A stretch of DNA of 37,339 nucleotides from an uncultured Opitutia bacterium (GTDB taxonomy: Bacteria; Verrucomicrobiota; Verrucomicrobiia; Opitutales; Seribacteraceae): the NCBI GenBank assembly GCA_964012095.1, contig CAXGRK010000001.1, positions 1 through 37,339 on the forward strand. The letters run 5' to 3'. The translations under genes and the position numbers were made by a program. The notes beneath the pieces are model-generated. The model worked only from the letters and a program-made list of their open reading frames with translations. It made no database searches and was not told the origin of the DNA. Of this stretch, positions 7,998 through 16,830 are shown one piece after another (within the stretch, counting starts at the first letter, position 1; every line of letters begins with the position of its first letter).

Positions 7998-9542
7998 ATG
8001 GACCAAGAAGCAGAATACGAAGATTTTGACCAAGAACCCGACTTGGACAATTTACCCCAAGAACAAATAACAGTTGCCCCTCCACTGGAAAGTGCATTCT
8101 CCAAATACCTTAGAGAATACCGATTACTTAACAGTCTTTTGGTATCTTTAGTAACCATATTAGGATTTTTTGTAGCGATGTGGAATATAGTAGTTTATGT
8201 CGCAGCCGCAGGAGAGGGTGATTCTGATTTTTCAGATGCAGGGACGGCACCCGCCCAGCAAAATCAGGAGAAGAAAAAAGTGGTCAAGCTGATGCAACGG
8301 CAGAAAAAAGCCCAACCAAAAGCTCAGCAGACTTTTCGCACCACTGCTATTTCTGATATCACATTACCGGACATGAATGAATTGGATGTGAAGGATTTGG
8401 CTCCTGTTGTGGAAGCAGCACCCCCTACTATGTCAGACGCCGGGATGAACAACAATGCGATGAAAAGTGCCTTGAAAGGTATTGGGCTTTCGCTTCCAAA
8501 AACAATGCAACAAAGGTGCGATCCTAAAAAGAGAATTGAACGTCTTCGCTCAGGCGGAGGTAAGGATATAACCGAAGCGGCAATCATGCGCGGACTTAAT
8601 TGGCTAAAATCTGCACAAGATGAAGATGGAGGCTGGGGACTTAAAGACAAGGACGATGCTGGCAGGCCGGTTGGAAAAGCTAAAGATCCAAAATATCGTG
8701 ATGCTATGACAGGTATGGCTCTGTTGGCTTACTTAGGTCACTGTGAATTACAAGACTCGCCCACCTTTGGCCCGACCGTTCAAAAAGGTATCAACTTTCT
8801 TACCAGTACTCCTCCCGATAAACAAATAGGTGCGGGTAATTATGGATCCTACTCCCACCCTATCCGCACATATGCACTTTGTGAAGCATACACCATGACT
8901 AAAATTCCTAAACTTAAGGAATATGCAAAACGAGCAACAGAGGTAATAATAAAAGGGCAAAATGAAAGCGGAGGATGGGCTTACGGCTTTGGAAAAGGGC
9001 CAGTAGCCCATACAGATTTATCCGTTACCGGGTGGAACATTCAGGCACTTAAAGCAGCGGCCCTCACAGGAATACCGATTGAGGGTCTAGACGCGTCTAT
9101 GGATAAAGCAGTCGCGTACACCAAAAGATGCCAAGATAAAACAGGGAAATTCGCCTACAAAGAAGGTTCAGGTGGTAAGCCAAGCTTAACTGGCACGGGA
9201 GTCCTATGTTTACAAATCTGGAAAAACGCAAATTCCAAAGAAGCTCAACTTGGGCTTGATTGGATTATCGCAAACCAGAAAAAAGAGTGGAAACAAATAG
9301 ATGTCTATGAATGGTATTATCATGCACAAGCCTGTTTCCAGGCGACCGGAGTTTCCGGAGGTTCCAAATATTGGCGTGCATGGAATAAAGAATTTCAACA
9401 GATTGTCTGCGGTGGACAAGCCTCTGATGGACACTGGCCTCACGGCAAGCACTTCCACGGAGATACTGATATATACAGAACGACAATGACCATTCTTATG
9501 CTGGAAGTTTACTATCGGTATATGCCTTCCACTAAAGTTTAA
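7998..9542 (+). CDS. Membrane-anchored prenyltransferase/squalene-oxidase-repeat (alpha/alpha barrel) protein
   Basis: Acidic N-terminal tail, one TM helix (LLNSLLVSLVTILGFFVAMWNIVVYV) and a K/Q/P-rich linker. Then GLNWLKSAQDEDGGW, QNESGGWAY, TDLSVTGW, CQDKTGKFAY, QASDGHW and C-terminal LEVYYRYMP. Confidence 0.87.
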   Translation: MDQEAEYEDFDQEPDLDNLPQEQITVAPPLESAFSKYLREYRLLNSLLVSLVTILGFFVAMWNIVVYVAAAGEGDSDFSDAGTAPAQQNQEKKKVVKLMQRQKKAQPKAQQTFRTTAISDITLPDMNELDVKDLAPVVEAAPPTMSDAGMNNNAMKSALKGIGLSLPKTMQQRCDPKKRIERLRSGGGKDITEAAIMRGLNWLKSAQDEDGGWGLKDKDDAGRPVGKAKDPKYRDAMTGMALLAYLGHCELQDSPTFGPTVQKGINFLTSTPPDKQIGAGNYGSYSHPIRTYALCEAYTMTKIPKLKEYAKRATEVIIKGQNESGGWAYGFGKGPVAHTDLSVTGWNIQALKAAALTGIPIEGLDASMDKAVAYTKRCQDKTGKFAYKEGSGGKPSLTGTGVLCLQIWKNANSKEAQLGLDWIIANQKKEWKQIDVYEWYYHAQACFQATGVSGGSKYWRAWNKEFQQIVCGGQASDGHWPHGKHFHGDTDIYRTTMTILMLEVYYRYMPSTKV

Positions 9543-9560
9543 TTTACATCCGTTCTTTGC

Positions 9561-9588
9561 TTGAGAATATGCCGGTTTAGCATAGGTT
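9561..9588 (+). promoter_or_regulatory. Possible sigma70 promoter giving a near-leaderless azurin mRNA
   Basis: TTGAGA (9561-9566), a 16-nt spacer, then TAGGTT (9583-9588), 8 nt before ATG 9597; no Shine-Dalgarno sequence. Confidence 0.3.
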
Positions 9589-9596
9589 ATGACTCA

Positions 9597-10037
9597 ATGA
9601 AAATATTCTCTTTACTACTACTTTTAATAACGCCTGCAGTCACTACCCATGCTGAAGTTAAAAAGATAACTGTAACGGGCAATGACACCATGCAATTTGA
9701 TCTTAAGAGTTTCGAAGTTAAGGCTGGTGAAACAGTGGAGCTTACCTTCAAAAATGTTGGAAAGATCCCAAAAATCGCTATGGGACACAATCTAGTTGTT
9801 CTAAAAAAAGGAATTTCAGCTGTTGCCTTCGGGCAGAAAGCGATGGGTGCTGGGGCCAACGCAACAAATGCACTTCCTGATTCTGTTAAAGGCGACACCA
9901 TCGCTTCCACTAAACTCCTAGGTCCAGATGAAAGCGAAACCATTACTTTTGCAGCGCCGGAAGCTGGTGACTATGAATATGTCTGCACATTTCCCGGACA
10001 TTTCGCTCTCATGCGTGGGGTAATGAAGGTAAATTAG
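9597..10037 (+). CDS. Azurin-like type-1 blue copper protein, exported
   Basis: Preferred start ATG 9597 gives signal peptide MKIFSLLLLLITPAVTTHA. Motifs GNDTMQFD and MGHNLVV, and YVCTFPGHFALMRG, supply the His/Cys/His/Met ligands. Confidence 0.93.
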   Translation: MKIFSLLLLLITPAVTTHAEVKKITVTGNDTMQFDLKSFEVKAGETVELTFKNVGKIPKIAMGHNLVVLKKGISAVAFGQKAMGAGANATNALPDSVKGDTIASTKLLGPDESETITFAAPEAGDYEYVCTFPGHFALMRGVMKVN

Positions 10038-10118
10038 TCCCCTAAAGGAACTTTTCAATATTGCATCTAGTAAGATGCCTACTTGACATTTTCTTGGCTA
10101 ACCCTGATTTACAGGTGT

Positions 10119-11852
10119 ATGGCTACTCATGAAAATGAAAGGAAATATTTGTCTCAAGCTGAAGCTTCAGGGATCTTCTCCAGGTTAGGAGCATACACAA
10201 AACTATCTGGGCCAGGTTGGTTGCAAAGCGCCATTACCCTCGGTGGAGGATCATTGGCATCCAGCCTTTTTCTCGGTGTACTTGCCGGATACAGTCTTCT
10301 TTGGTTACAACCTATGGCAATTATCCTGGGCATTATAATGCTCTCTGCCATTAGCCATGTAACTTTGTCCACCGGACAAAGTCCTTTCACCTCGATCAAT
10401 AATGAAATAAACCCCGTGCTTGGATGGGGGTGGGCAATCGCAACCATCATGGCAAATATAGTTTGGTGCCTTCCCCAATTTAGTCTTGGTACGGCTGCTG
10501 TTACCCAAAACCTGCTACCTGAGCTTAACAATACAGGGGGAAAAGTTTTAATTTGTGCATTTATGTTGGGTACCGCTTTTCTGGTTGTGCGGGCATACGA
10601 CAAAGGATCAACGGGGGTTAAAATTTTTGATTTAATCTTGAAGATTATGGTTGGAATCGTGGTTATTTCATTTTTTGGAGTGGTAATAAAACTAAGCACC
10701 AGTGGCCAGGCTAATTGGAATGAAATCGCTTCTGGTTTTGTGCCTAATTTCTCGCTCTTCTCTACCCCTGCTGATGTGTACCTACCCTTCCTCGAACAAA
10801 CAGGAGAATTCAAAAGTTTTTGGGAGGAAAAAATTGTTGGACTACAACAGGATGTCATGATTTCAGCTGCCGCTACTGCTGTAGGGATAAATATGACTTT
10901 TTTTATGCCTTTTGTTCTTCTCCGTAGAAAGTGGGGGCGCGAGCACAGGGGTCTTGCAAAATTTGATCTATGGACCGCATTACTTATTCCCTATATTGTG
11001 GCCACAAGTTGTGTAGTAATTGCTGCGGGGACAAGATTTCATGGTAAACCTGAATCTGCTTTTAATAATGATGGAGGAATCCACGCGAACCTTGAAAAAG
11101 GATATACATCTCTCGTTAAAGCCAGAGCAGAACTTGAGTGGGAAAAGGATAAATTCGATGCGTTGGCACCCATTCAACAGGATGCTGTCCTAGAATCCCT
11201 TCCAGAAGCAGATCGACAGCTTGCAGCCATGTTGGTGAAACGGGATGCTTTTAATTTGGCTGAATCTCTTGAATCACTTTTTGAAAGCAAGGCATTTTCG
11301 CATTATATTTTCGGTATTGGAGTATTGGGTATGGCCCTTTCAACGATCATAATCCTAATGACTATTAATGGACATGCCATTTGCGAAGTTTTAGGAAAAT
11401 CACACAGCGGGAATACTTTTTTGGGAGGAGCACTTTTAGCAGGTCTAGGTGTACTTGGTCCATTTTTTTGGAATGACGCTGCTTTTTGGTTGGCTGTACC
11501 TACATCAATCCTTGGCTTTACGCTTATACCAGTCGCTTACTTGAGTTTCTTTCTTTTAATGAACAATCTTCAAGTACTTGGACGGGAACGCCCAACTGGA
11601 TTGGCACGAATTTTATGGAATGTTTTCATGCTTATTTCGCTTAGCGTTATGGGTATTGCTGCCATGTATGTCGCGTGGAACAAAACATGGGGAATTGTGC
11701 CTTTTGGCAAAATTGCACTCATTTCTTTTGGAATTTTAATACTGATCGGTCACTTCACATTAAAAAATAAAAAGCTTATCAAAAAAGTAGACGGGTTGGA
11801 AATGAAATTAAAAAGGATTTCAGAGCAGCTTTCCAGCAAGTCAGCAAACTAA
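10119..11852 (+). CDS. NRAMP/SLC11-related (APC-fold) membrane transporter lacking the canonical DPGN motif
   Basis: Roughly 12 hydrophobic segments; GPGWLQSAITLGGGSLASS, GYSLLWLQ and LGMALSTII resemble NRAMP-related proteins. ATG 10119 preferred over TTG 10083. Confidence 0.75.
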   Translation: MATHENERKYLSQAEASGIFSRLGAYTKLSGPGWLQSAITLGGGSLASSLFLGVLAGYSLLWLQPMAIILGIIMLSAISHVTLSTGQSPFTSINNEINPVLGWGWAIATIMANIVWCLPQFSLGTAAVTQNLLPELNNTGGKVLICAFMLGTAFLVVRAYDKGSTGVKIFDLILKIMVGIVVISFFGVVIKLSTSGQANWNEIASGFVPNFSLFSTPADVYLPFLEQTGEFKSFWEEKIVGLQQDVMISAAATAVGINMTFFMPFVLLRRKWGREHRGLAKFDLWTALLIPYIVATSCVVIAAGTRFHGKPESAFNNDGGIHANLEKGYTSLVKARAELEWEKDKFDALAPIQQDAVLESLPEADRQLAAMLVKRDAFNLAESLESLFESKAFSHYIFGIGVLGMALSTIIILMTINGHAICEVLGKSHSGNTFLGGALLAGLGVLGPFFWNDAAFWLAVPTSILGFTLIPVAYLSFFLLMNNLQVLGRERPTGLARILWNVFMLISLSVMGIAAMYVAWNKTWGIVPFGKIALISFGILILIGHFTLKNKKLIKKVDGLEMKLKRISEQLSSKSAN

Positions 11853-11863
11853 ATTTCGAGCAT

Positions 11864-12196
11864 TTACTTAGAAACACCCGATTCCAGAGGGACCCAAGTT
11901 CTTTGCTCTCCATTTGCTCCTATTTTGGAGAAGAGAATCCAAGCTTTGCCTGTTGAGGTATCAAACTTCACAAGCCTTTTGTATAGATAAGGTTTAGAGT
12001 CCTGAGAATAGTATTCAGCACTGATCAACTGAAATTTTCCCGTTTTATTAGACATCGAAGCGAAACTCGGTGGTGGAGGTATATTCATCGGAAGCTTGGG
12101 AGGACCAGAGTTTAGACGTTTAGGGCTTTCGTTCTGCGAAAAAAGAATGGCAGTAAATAATAGAAAGCAAGGTAGTAAAATATGGGTTAACTTCAT
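11864..12196 (-). CDS. Small exported hypothetical protein with a Pro-rich linker
   Basis: Signal peptide MKLTHILLPCFLLFTAILFS; GPPKLPMNIPPPP; beta-rich C-terminal part GKFQLIS...KFDTSTGKAW. Confidence 0.75.
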   Translation of the reverse strand: MKLTHILLPCFLLFTAILFSQNESPKRLNSGPPKLPMNIPPPPSFASMSNKTGKFQLISAEYYSQDSKPYLYKRLVKFDTSTGKAWILFSKIGANGEQRTWVPLESGVSK

Positions 12197-12285
12197 GATG
12201 TTTTTGTTTTGGATTTAAGTGCGTAACTACTTCATCACCAAAAGAAGGATTTCAGTAGATTTCAAGAACTGTTTTATTTACAAAT

Positions 12286-12321
12286 AAAAAAGCCACCGAT
12301 CTTGCCCTTATCGGTGGCTTT
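12286..12321 (-). terminator. Rho-independent terminator
   Basis: Perfect 12-bp inverted repeat AAAGCCACCGAT (12289-12300) / ATCGGTGGCTTT (12310-12321) with a 9-nt loop. A T-run follows on the minus strand, downstream of the pseudogene. Confidence 0.8.
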
Positions 12322-12411
12322 AAAAAAGCTCATAATGAACTATTCTTCTTTTTTACTCTCTTAAAGGAATAAAATCAAGCAATAAAGATAAACTTTTTGC
12401 TAATTTTAGAG

Positions 12412-12622
12412 TCACCCTTCCTCTTGAACAAAGACCATCGGCTGAAGCCATTCTTCATTATCTTTTACTATTCCGCCCATACGTTGCTACTTGCCTGAAG
12501 CTCTGTAGAGGAATCCTTCCGTGTCTTTACACTGTTTTTGAATAAGTTCCGTTAACCTCTTCTTTCAACTTACTTAAAGAGCTTGTTTTTACAACCTTAT
12601 ATTTACGCTGAATTCTATTCAT
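12412..12622 (-). pseudogene. Disrupted DUF1737-like small-protein gene
   Basis: My translation: MNRIQRKYKVVKTSSLSKLKEEVN/(+1 frameshift near 12550)ELIQKQCKDTEGFLYRASGK*(TAG 12489-12487)QRMGGIVKDNEEWLQPMVFVQEEG*. Length is 211 nt, i.e. 70 codons plus 1. Confidence 0.65.
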
Positions 12623-12923
12623 GAGATCATTAAATCAAGTATATCTATGGAAAGTAGCAATAGGAAATATTTATCTCTGTTATTGGCCTCGCATGATTTT
12701 CGAAATTCATAAGCGACAAGTTAAATTAAGAAAAATTAATTTAGATTTTATCAACTATTAAGACTGACTTGAGATTAAGAAATCGAGATGTTCATATTGC
12801 ACCTTTATTCTCTAAATCTGTAAGGCTATTATAACTCAAATAATTTATACTTTATAAAACCTTGATCTTCTAGTTGTAGCCAAACATGAACATAATATGA
12901 TAAATTTTGAATTTTAATAAAAA

Positions 12924-13964
12924 ATGGCAGCCTCAACACAAATCACAAAAAATAATACATCAGACTTGGATGAGACTGATGTAAACGCTTTGGAAGAATT
13001 ACAGCATTCTTTTGCGGCAATTAAAAACGAGATTGGTAAAGTCATTATCGGACAAGATGAGGCAATTGAAAAAATATTTATATGCATGCTTTCCCAAGGA
13101 CACGCACTCTTGATGGGAGTTCCAGGACTTGCAAAGACCCTGCTTGTAAATTCCATTTCTCAAACTATTTCCCTGTCTTTCTCCCGCATCCAATTTACTC
13201 CCGATCTTATGCCCTCTGATGTGACAGGAACGGAAATCCTCCAAAACAGAGAGGATGGGGAAGGAAGGGAATTTAAATTCATCAAAGGGCCTGTATTTAC
13301 AAATGTCCTTCTTGCAGATGAAATTAACAGAACTCCTCCCAAAACCCAATCTGCCCTTCTCGAGGCTATGCAGGAAAAAAGGGTAACTGTAGCAGGGAAG
13401 AATCATAATTTACAAAAACCGTTTTTTGTCTTGGCAACCCAAAACCCGATTGAGCAGGAAGGTACATACCCCCTACCCGAGGCACAACTTGACCGCTTTA
13501 TGTTTCTGATCAGATTAGATTACCCAAATCGAGATGATGAACTTTCCATTGCTAGAAGGACTACCCTAGGAGAACCATCTGCACTCTCTAAAATTCTTAC
13601 TGCAAAAAAGCTTAAAGAATATCAATTAATTACTGAAAAGATTCCAGTACCTGAACATGTTTTTGAAAGGGCAGTTGATTTAGTTAGAAGAACTAGACCT
13701 GCGTCCGATGATGCACCCAAATGGGTTAAGGACTCCGTGCAGTGGGGTGCCGGTCCCAGAGCCATCCAATTTTTAATTCGAGGAGCCAAAGCAAGGGCAG
13801 TTATTCAGGGAAACTTCATTACCACAAGTGATGATCTGGATGCAGTAGCTGAAGCAGTTCTAGATCATAGGATAATTACAAATTTTCACGCCCGCTCTGA
13901 AGGTATTGCCAGCACAGATGTTGTCAGCAGATTGATCGAAGAAGCAAACAAAGAAGAAAAATAA
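12924..13964 (+). CDS. MoxR-family AAA+ ATPase
   Basis: Walker A GVPGLAKT, RIQFTPDLMPSD, Walker B LLADEINRTPPKTQSALLEAMQE, ATQNPIEQEGTYPLPEAQLDRF and WGAGPRA. Confidence 0.96.
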   Translation: MAASTQITKNNTSDLDETDVNALEELQHSFAAIKNEIGKVIIGQDEAIEKIFICMLSQGHALLMGVPGLAKTLLVNSISQTISLSFSRIQFTPDLMPSDVTGTEILQNREDGEGREFKFIKGPVFTNVLLADEINRTPPKTQSALLEAMQEKRVTVAGKNHNLQKPFFVLATQNPIEQEGTYPLPEAQLDRFMFLIRLDYPNRDDELSIARRTTLGEPSALSKILTAKKLKEYQLITEKIPVPEHVFERAVDLVRRTRPASDDAPKWVKDSVQWGAGPRAIQFLIRGAKARAVIQGNFITTSDDLDAVAEAVLDHRIITNFHARSEGIASTDVVSRLIEEANKEEK

Positions 13965-13969
13965 AACGG

Positions 13970-14878
13970 ATGCCTCGTAAGGAGAGCAATATTTTTAAAT
14001 ATATTGACGATCGGGCAATTGCCAGGTTTGGGGGCAACCCCTTGCTCAGCGAGTTTCCGATGGAGGGAAATGTAAGCGGTCACCATAAGAGTAATCACAA
14101 GGGCTCCAGTGTAGAGTTTGCTGAATATAGAGAATACACTCCTGGAGAAGATCCCAAAAGAATGGATTGGCGTGTCCTTGCCCGAACAGACAGATATTTC
14201 CTAAAAGAATTTGAGGCAGAAACCAATTTAAGAAGTTACCATCTTTTGGATTGCAGCGCTTCCATGAAGTTTGGCAAGCCGAAGTCAAAACTTGAATATG
14301 CTAAGAAATTGATAGGTACTCTGAGCTATGCTTATTTAAATCAAGGCGACGCAGTTGGCCTATCACTTCTGCGACCCAGTGTCACCGAAGATATTCCCGC
14401 ACGGCGAAGTCCATCACAGCTACAGGCCATATTGCATACCCTTGATGATGCCAAAGCGAAAGGGGAAGATCAAGTGACTGATCAACTTCATCAACTTGCA
14501 GAGTCTATTAAAAGTAGAGCTCAGCTTATTGTTTATTCAGACTTTCTCGATGATCCAAAATCCATTGCAGATTTTGTCCATCACATGCGCGATCGTAAAC
14601 ATGAGGTCATACTTTTTCATATTATGGACCGACAGGAAGTGGAATTTCTTTTTGATCGCCCTACTCGATTCATAGACCTAGAGGGCGGTCCATCGCTCCT
14701 AACGGAACCGAGCATAATCAGGGATGAATATTTAAAACAAATGCGAATTCATCTTGAAGAAATCAAAAAAATATGTGCTGAAACTCAAAGCTCTCATTTC
14801 GAAACCGTCACAGATTCATCAATCGATGAAGCACTAAAAGATTTTTCATTCGAAAGAACTCTATCTTCAAACCGATGA
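13970..14878 (+). CDS. DUF58 (vWA-like) protein, MoxR partner
   Basis: Motifs GHHKSNHKGSSVEFAEYREYTPGED, DWRVLART, MIDAS-like LDCSASM and YSDF. Confidence 0.93.
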   Translation: MPRKESNIFKYIDDRAIARFGGNPLLSEFPMEGNVSGHHKSNHKGSSVEFAEYREYTPGEDPKRMDWRVLARTDRYFLKEFEAETNLRSYHLLDCSASMKFGKPKSKLEYAKKLIGTLSYAYLNQGDAVGLSLLRPSVTEDIPARRSPSQLQAILHTLDDAKAKGEDQVTDQLHQLAESIKSRAQLIVYSDFLDDPKSIADFVHHMRDRKHEVILFHIMDRQEVEFLFDRPTRFIDLEGGPSLLTEPSIIRDEYLKQMRIHLEEIKKICAETQSSHFETVTDSSIDEALKDFSFERTLSSNR

Positions 14879-16830
14879 GTTTTTTACAACCTATCGCACT
14901 ATTTGGAATCGCCTTAGCCGCCGTCCCAATTCTTATCCATCTACTTAATCTAATGCGTCATCGTCGTGAGTCATGGGCAGCCATGAGATTTCTTTTGAAG
15001 GCTAGGGAAAACTCTTCCCGAATGTCAAAGATTCGCAGATGGCTTACCCTTATTTCCCGTGCACTTGCAATCTGCTCACTTGCCTTTCTAATGAGCCGAC
15101 CCATAGCGTCTGAGGACTCTTCACTAATTAATTTTGCCAGTCAAAACCCGGAGGTTGTGATGCTCGTAATGGATAGATCTTCCAGTATGCAAAAAAACCT
15201 CATGAATTCTTCTAAAACTATGCGTCAAAGAGGAATAGATGAGTTTGAACGGTTTTCTGAAGCATGGCCAGACAGCAAGCTTGTCATTATCGAAACCGTT
15301 TTTTCCGAAACAATCATAGTTGATAAAATTGAAACAATTTCCTCAAAGGAAATGAACGATTTTTTTGGTCCGACTGATTGCGGTGGAAATCTACCTTACA
15401 CCATAAACCAAGGATTAAATTGGTTGGAAAATACAGACATCGGACATGCACAAATTCTCGTAATTTCGGATGACCAAAAATCCAATTGGAAGACAAAAGA
15501 AAACGATGAGTTATTGAAAAATATTAATGATAGAATTGATAAAAAGGGAGGGTTGTGGAAATTACATTTTTTGAAATTACAGCCATCTGAAGTTAATAAC
15601 TTCAGTCTGGTCTGTAAATCGTACCGTGAGGAAAAAGACTTTTTCCATCCAACTCTTTTAATTAGAACCAATCAAAAAGACACTCAATCTCTTGCCGTTA
15701 AAATCAATATCAATGGAGATTTATCTACGATAAAATGTCCTTTCTCCTACCCTTCCACAACTTGGACTCCAGCGATCCCATTATCAGATCAACCCGCCAC
15801 GGGATGGATAAAAATCGCCCTGCCTGAAGATTCTTTTTCCCATGATAACGAATATTTTTTCACTTATGGAAATCAGGCAATGCTCAAGGTAGGAGTCCAG
15901 TGTAAGGATGAGCAAACGAGAAAATTTATCACTGCTGTTTGTAAACTTAATCAGCAAAGTCTTTACCTAAACAAAGATTTTTTACCGGAAAATAAAACGC
16001 TAAACGAGAACGACTTATTGATTCTTCAAGGTTCCTCCTCACCTGAAGAAGAGAAACAAATCCTAAAATTTGTTAAAGAAGGAGGCAGGATTGTCCAATT
16101 TCCGGATTTTGAAAACAAAGACAAGTCTGATATTTTCCAAAAATGGAGAGCAACTGAAGCAGTCTCAGATAATAATTTTTTTGAAATCAGTGAGTGGAAT
16201 CGTAATCAAGGAATCTTTGCAAATACAGCAAACGGCAGGGAGTTAGCATTACCTTATCTGAAAATTCTTAAAAGAAATATTCCCACTGAAGGAGAAACTC
16301 TTGCCTTCTATAAAGATGGATCGAGTTTTTTTAAAAGAAAAACCATTGGCAAAGGGGTCATTTATTCTTTCTCCACACTCCCAAACAAAGACTGGTCCAA
16401 TCTTGAAGAGGGCTTTGTATTAGTTCCCGTTCTTATTCGAATATTTAATGAATCGTCCGAGGATCCCGCTCTCAAGTTTTCAGAATGTGGAGACACTGCA
16501 TCCTTAGATTATAATGGTTTGGTTCCAGTAACTGGAAACCCAAGCCAAAAACCCTCACTTAAAGCCGGCATTTATAAAGATTTAGGCAAATTTTTGGCTT
16601 TTAATCGAAAGGCAACCGAATCTGTAAATGAGATTTTCGATCGAAAGCAATTGCAGGAAACTATGTCATCCAGTCATATTTTGTGGAATGATGCCAATGC
16701 TACCCGTCTTTCGTTTGAAAGAGCAGAAATTTGGAATTTATTCTTGATCGTAATGCTCTTATTTCTCCTTGCGGAAAGTTTGCTTGGGTTACCTGTTACA
16801 AACATCTCATTTAGTCCCCAGAGGCTATGA
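14875..16830 (+). CDS. BatA-domain / vWA membrane protein
   Basis: N-terminal MSFLQP...PILIHLLN...WAAMRFL (BatA double-TM domain); MIDAS DRSSSM and ISDDQ; C-terminal TM LLFLLAESLL. ATGA overlap with DUF58. Confidence 0.88.
   Translation: MSFLQPIALFGIALAAVPILIHLLNLMRHRRESWAAMRFLLKARENSSRMSKIRRWLTLISRALAICSLAFLMSRPIASEDSSLINFASQNPEVVMLVMDRSSSMQKNLMNSSKTMRQRGIDEFERFSEAWPDSKLVIIETVFSETIIVDKIETISSKEMNDFFGPTDCGGNLPYTINQGLNWLENTDIGHAQILVISDDQKSNWKTKENDELLKNINDRIDKKGGLWKLHFLKLQPSEVNNFSLVCKSYREEKDFFHPTLLIRTNQKDTQSLAVKININGDLSTIKCPFSYPSTTWTPAIPLSDQPATGWIKIALPEDSFSHDNEYFFTYGNQAMLKVGVQCKDEQTRKFITAVCKLNQQSLYLNKDFLPENKTLNENDLLILQGSSSPEEEKQILKFVKEGGRIVQFPDFENKDKSDIFQKWRATEAVSDNNFFEISEWNRNQGIFANTANGRELALPYLKILKRNIPTEGETLAFYKDGSSFFKRKTIGKGVIYSFSTLPNKDWSNLEEGFVLVPVLIRIFNESSEDPALKFSECGDTASLDYNGLVPVTGNPSQKPSLKAGIYKDLGKFLAFNRKATESVNEIFDRKQLQETMSSSHILWNDANATRLSFERAEIWNLFLIVMLLFLLAESLLGLPVTNISFSPQRL

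Noticed and set aside
10083-10111. Perfect TTGACA upstream of the transporter as a promoter
   Set aside because: No convincing -10 hexamer at 16-18 nt spacing, so it was not called.
10154-10858. 234-aa antisense ORF inside the transporter gene (and the other short overlapping ORFs in the track)
   Set aside because: They lie fully opposite or inside well-supported genes and have no recognisable motifs, so they are shadow ORFs.
12623-12923. Possible ncRNA or riboswitch upstream of moxR
   Set aside because: Very AT-rich with no stable stems or known motif visible; most simply a divergent promoter region.
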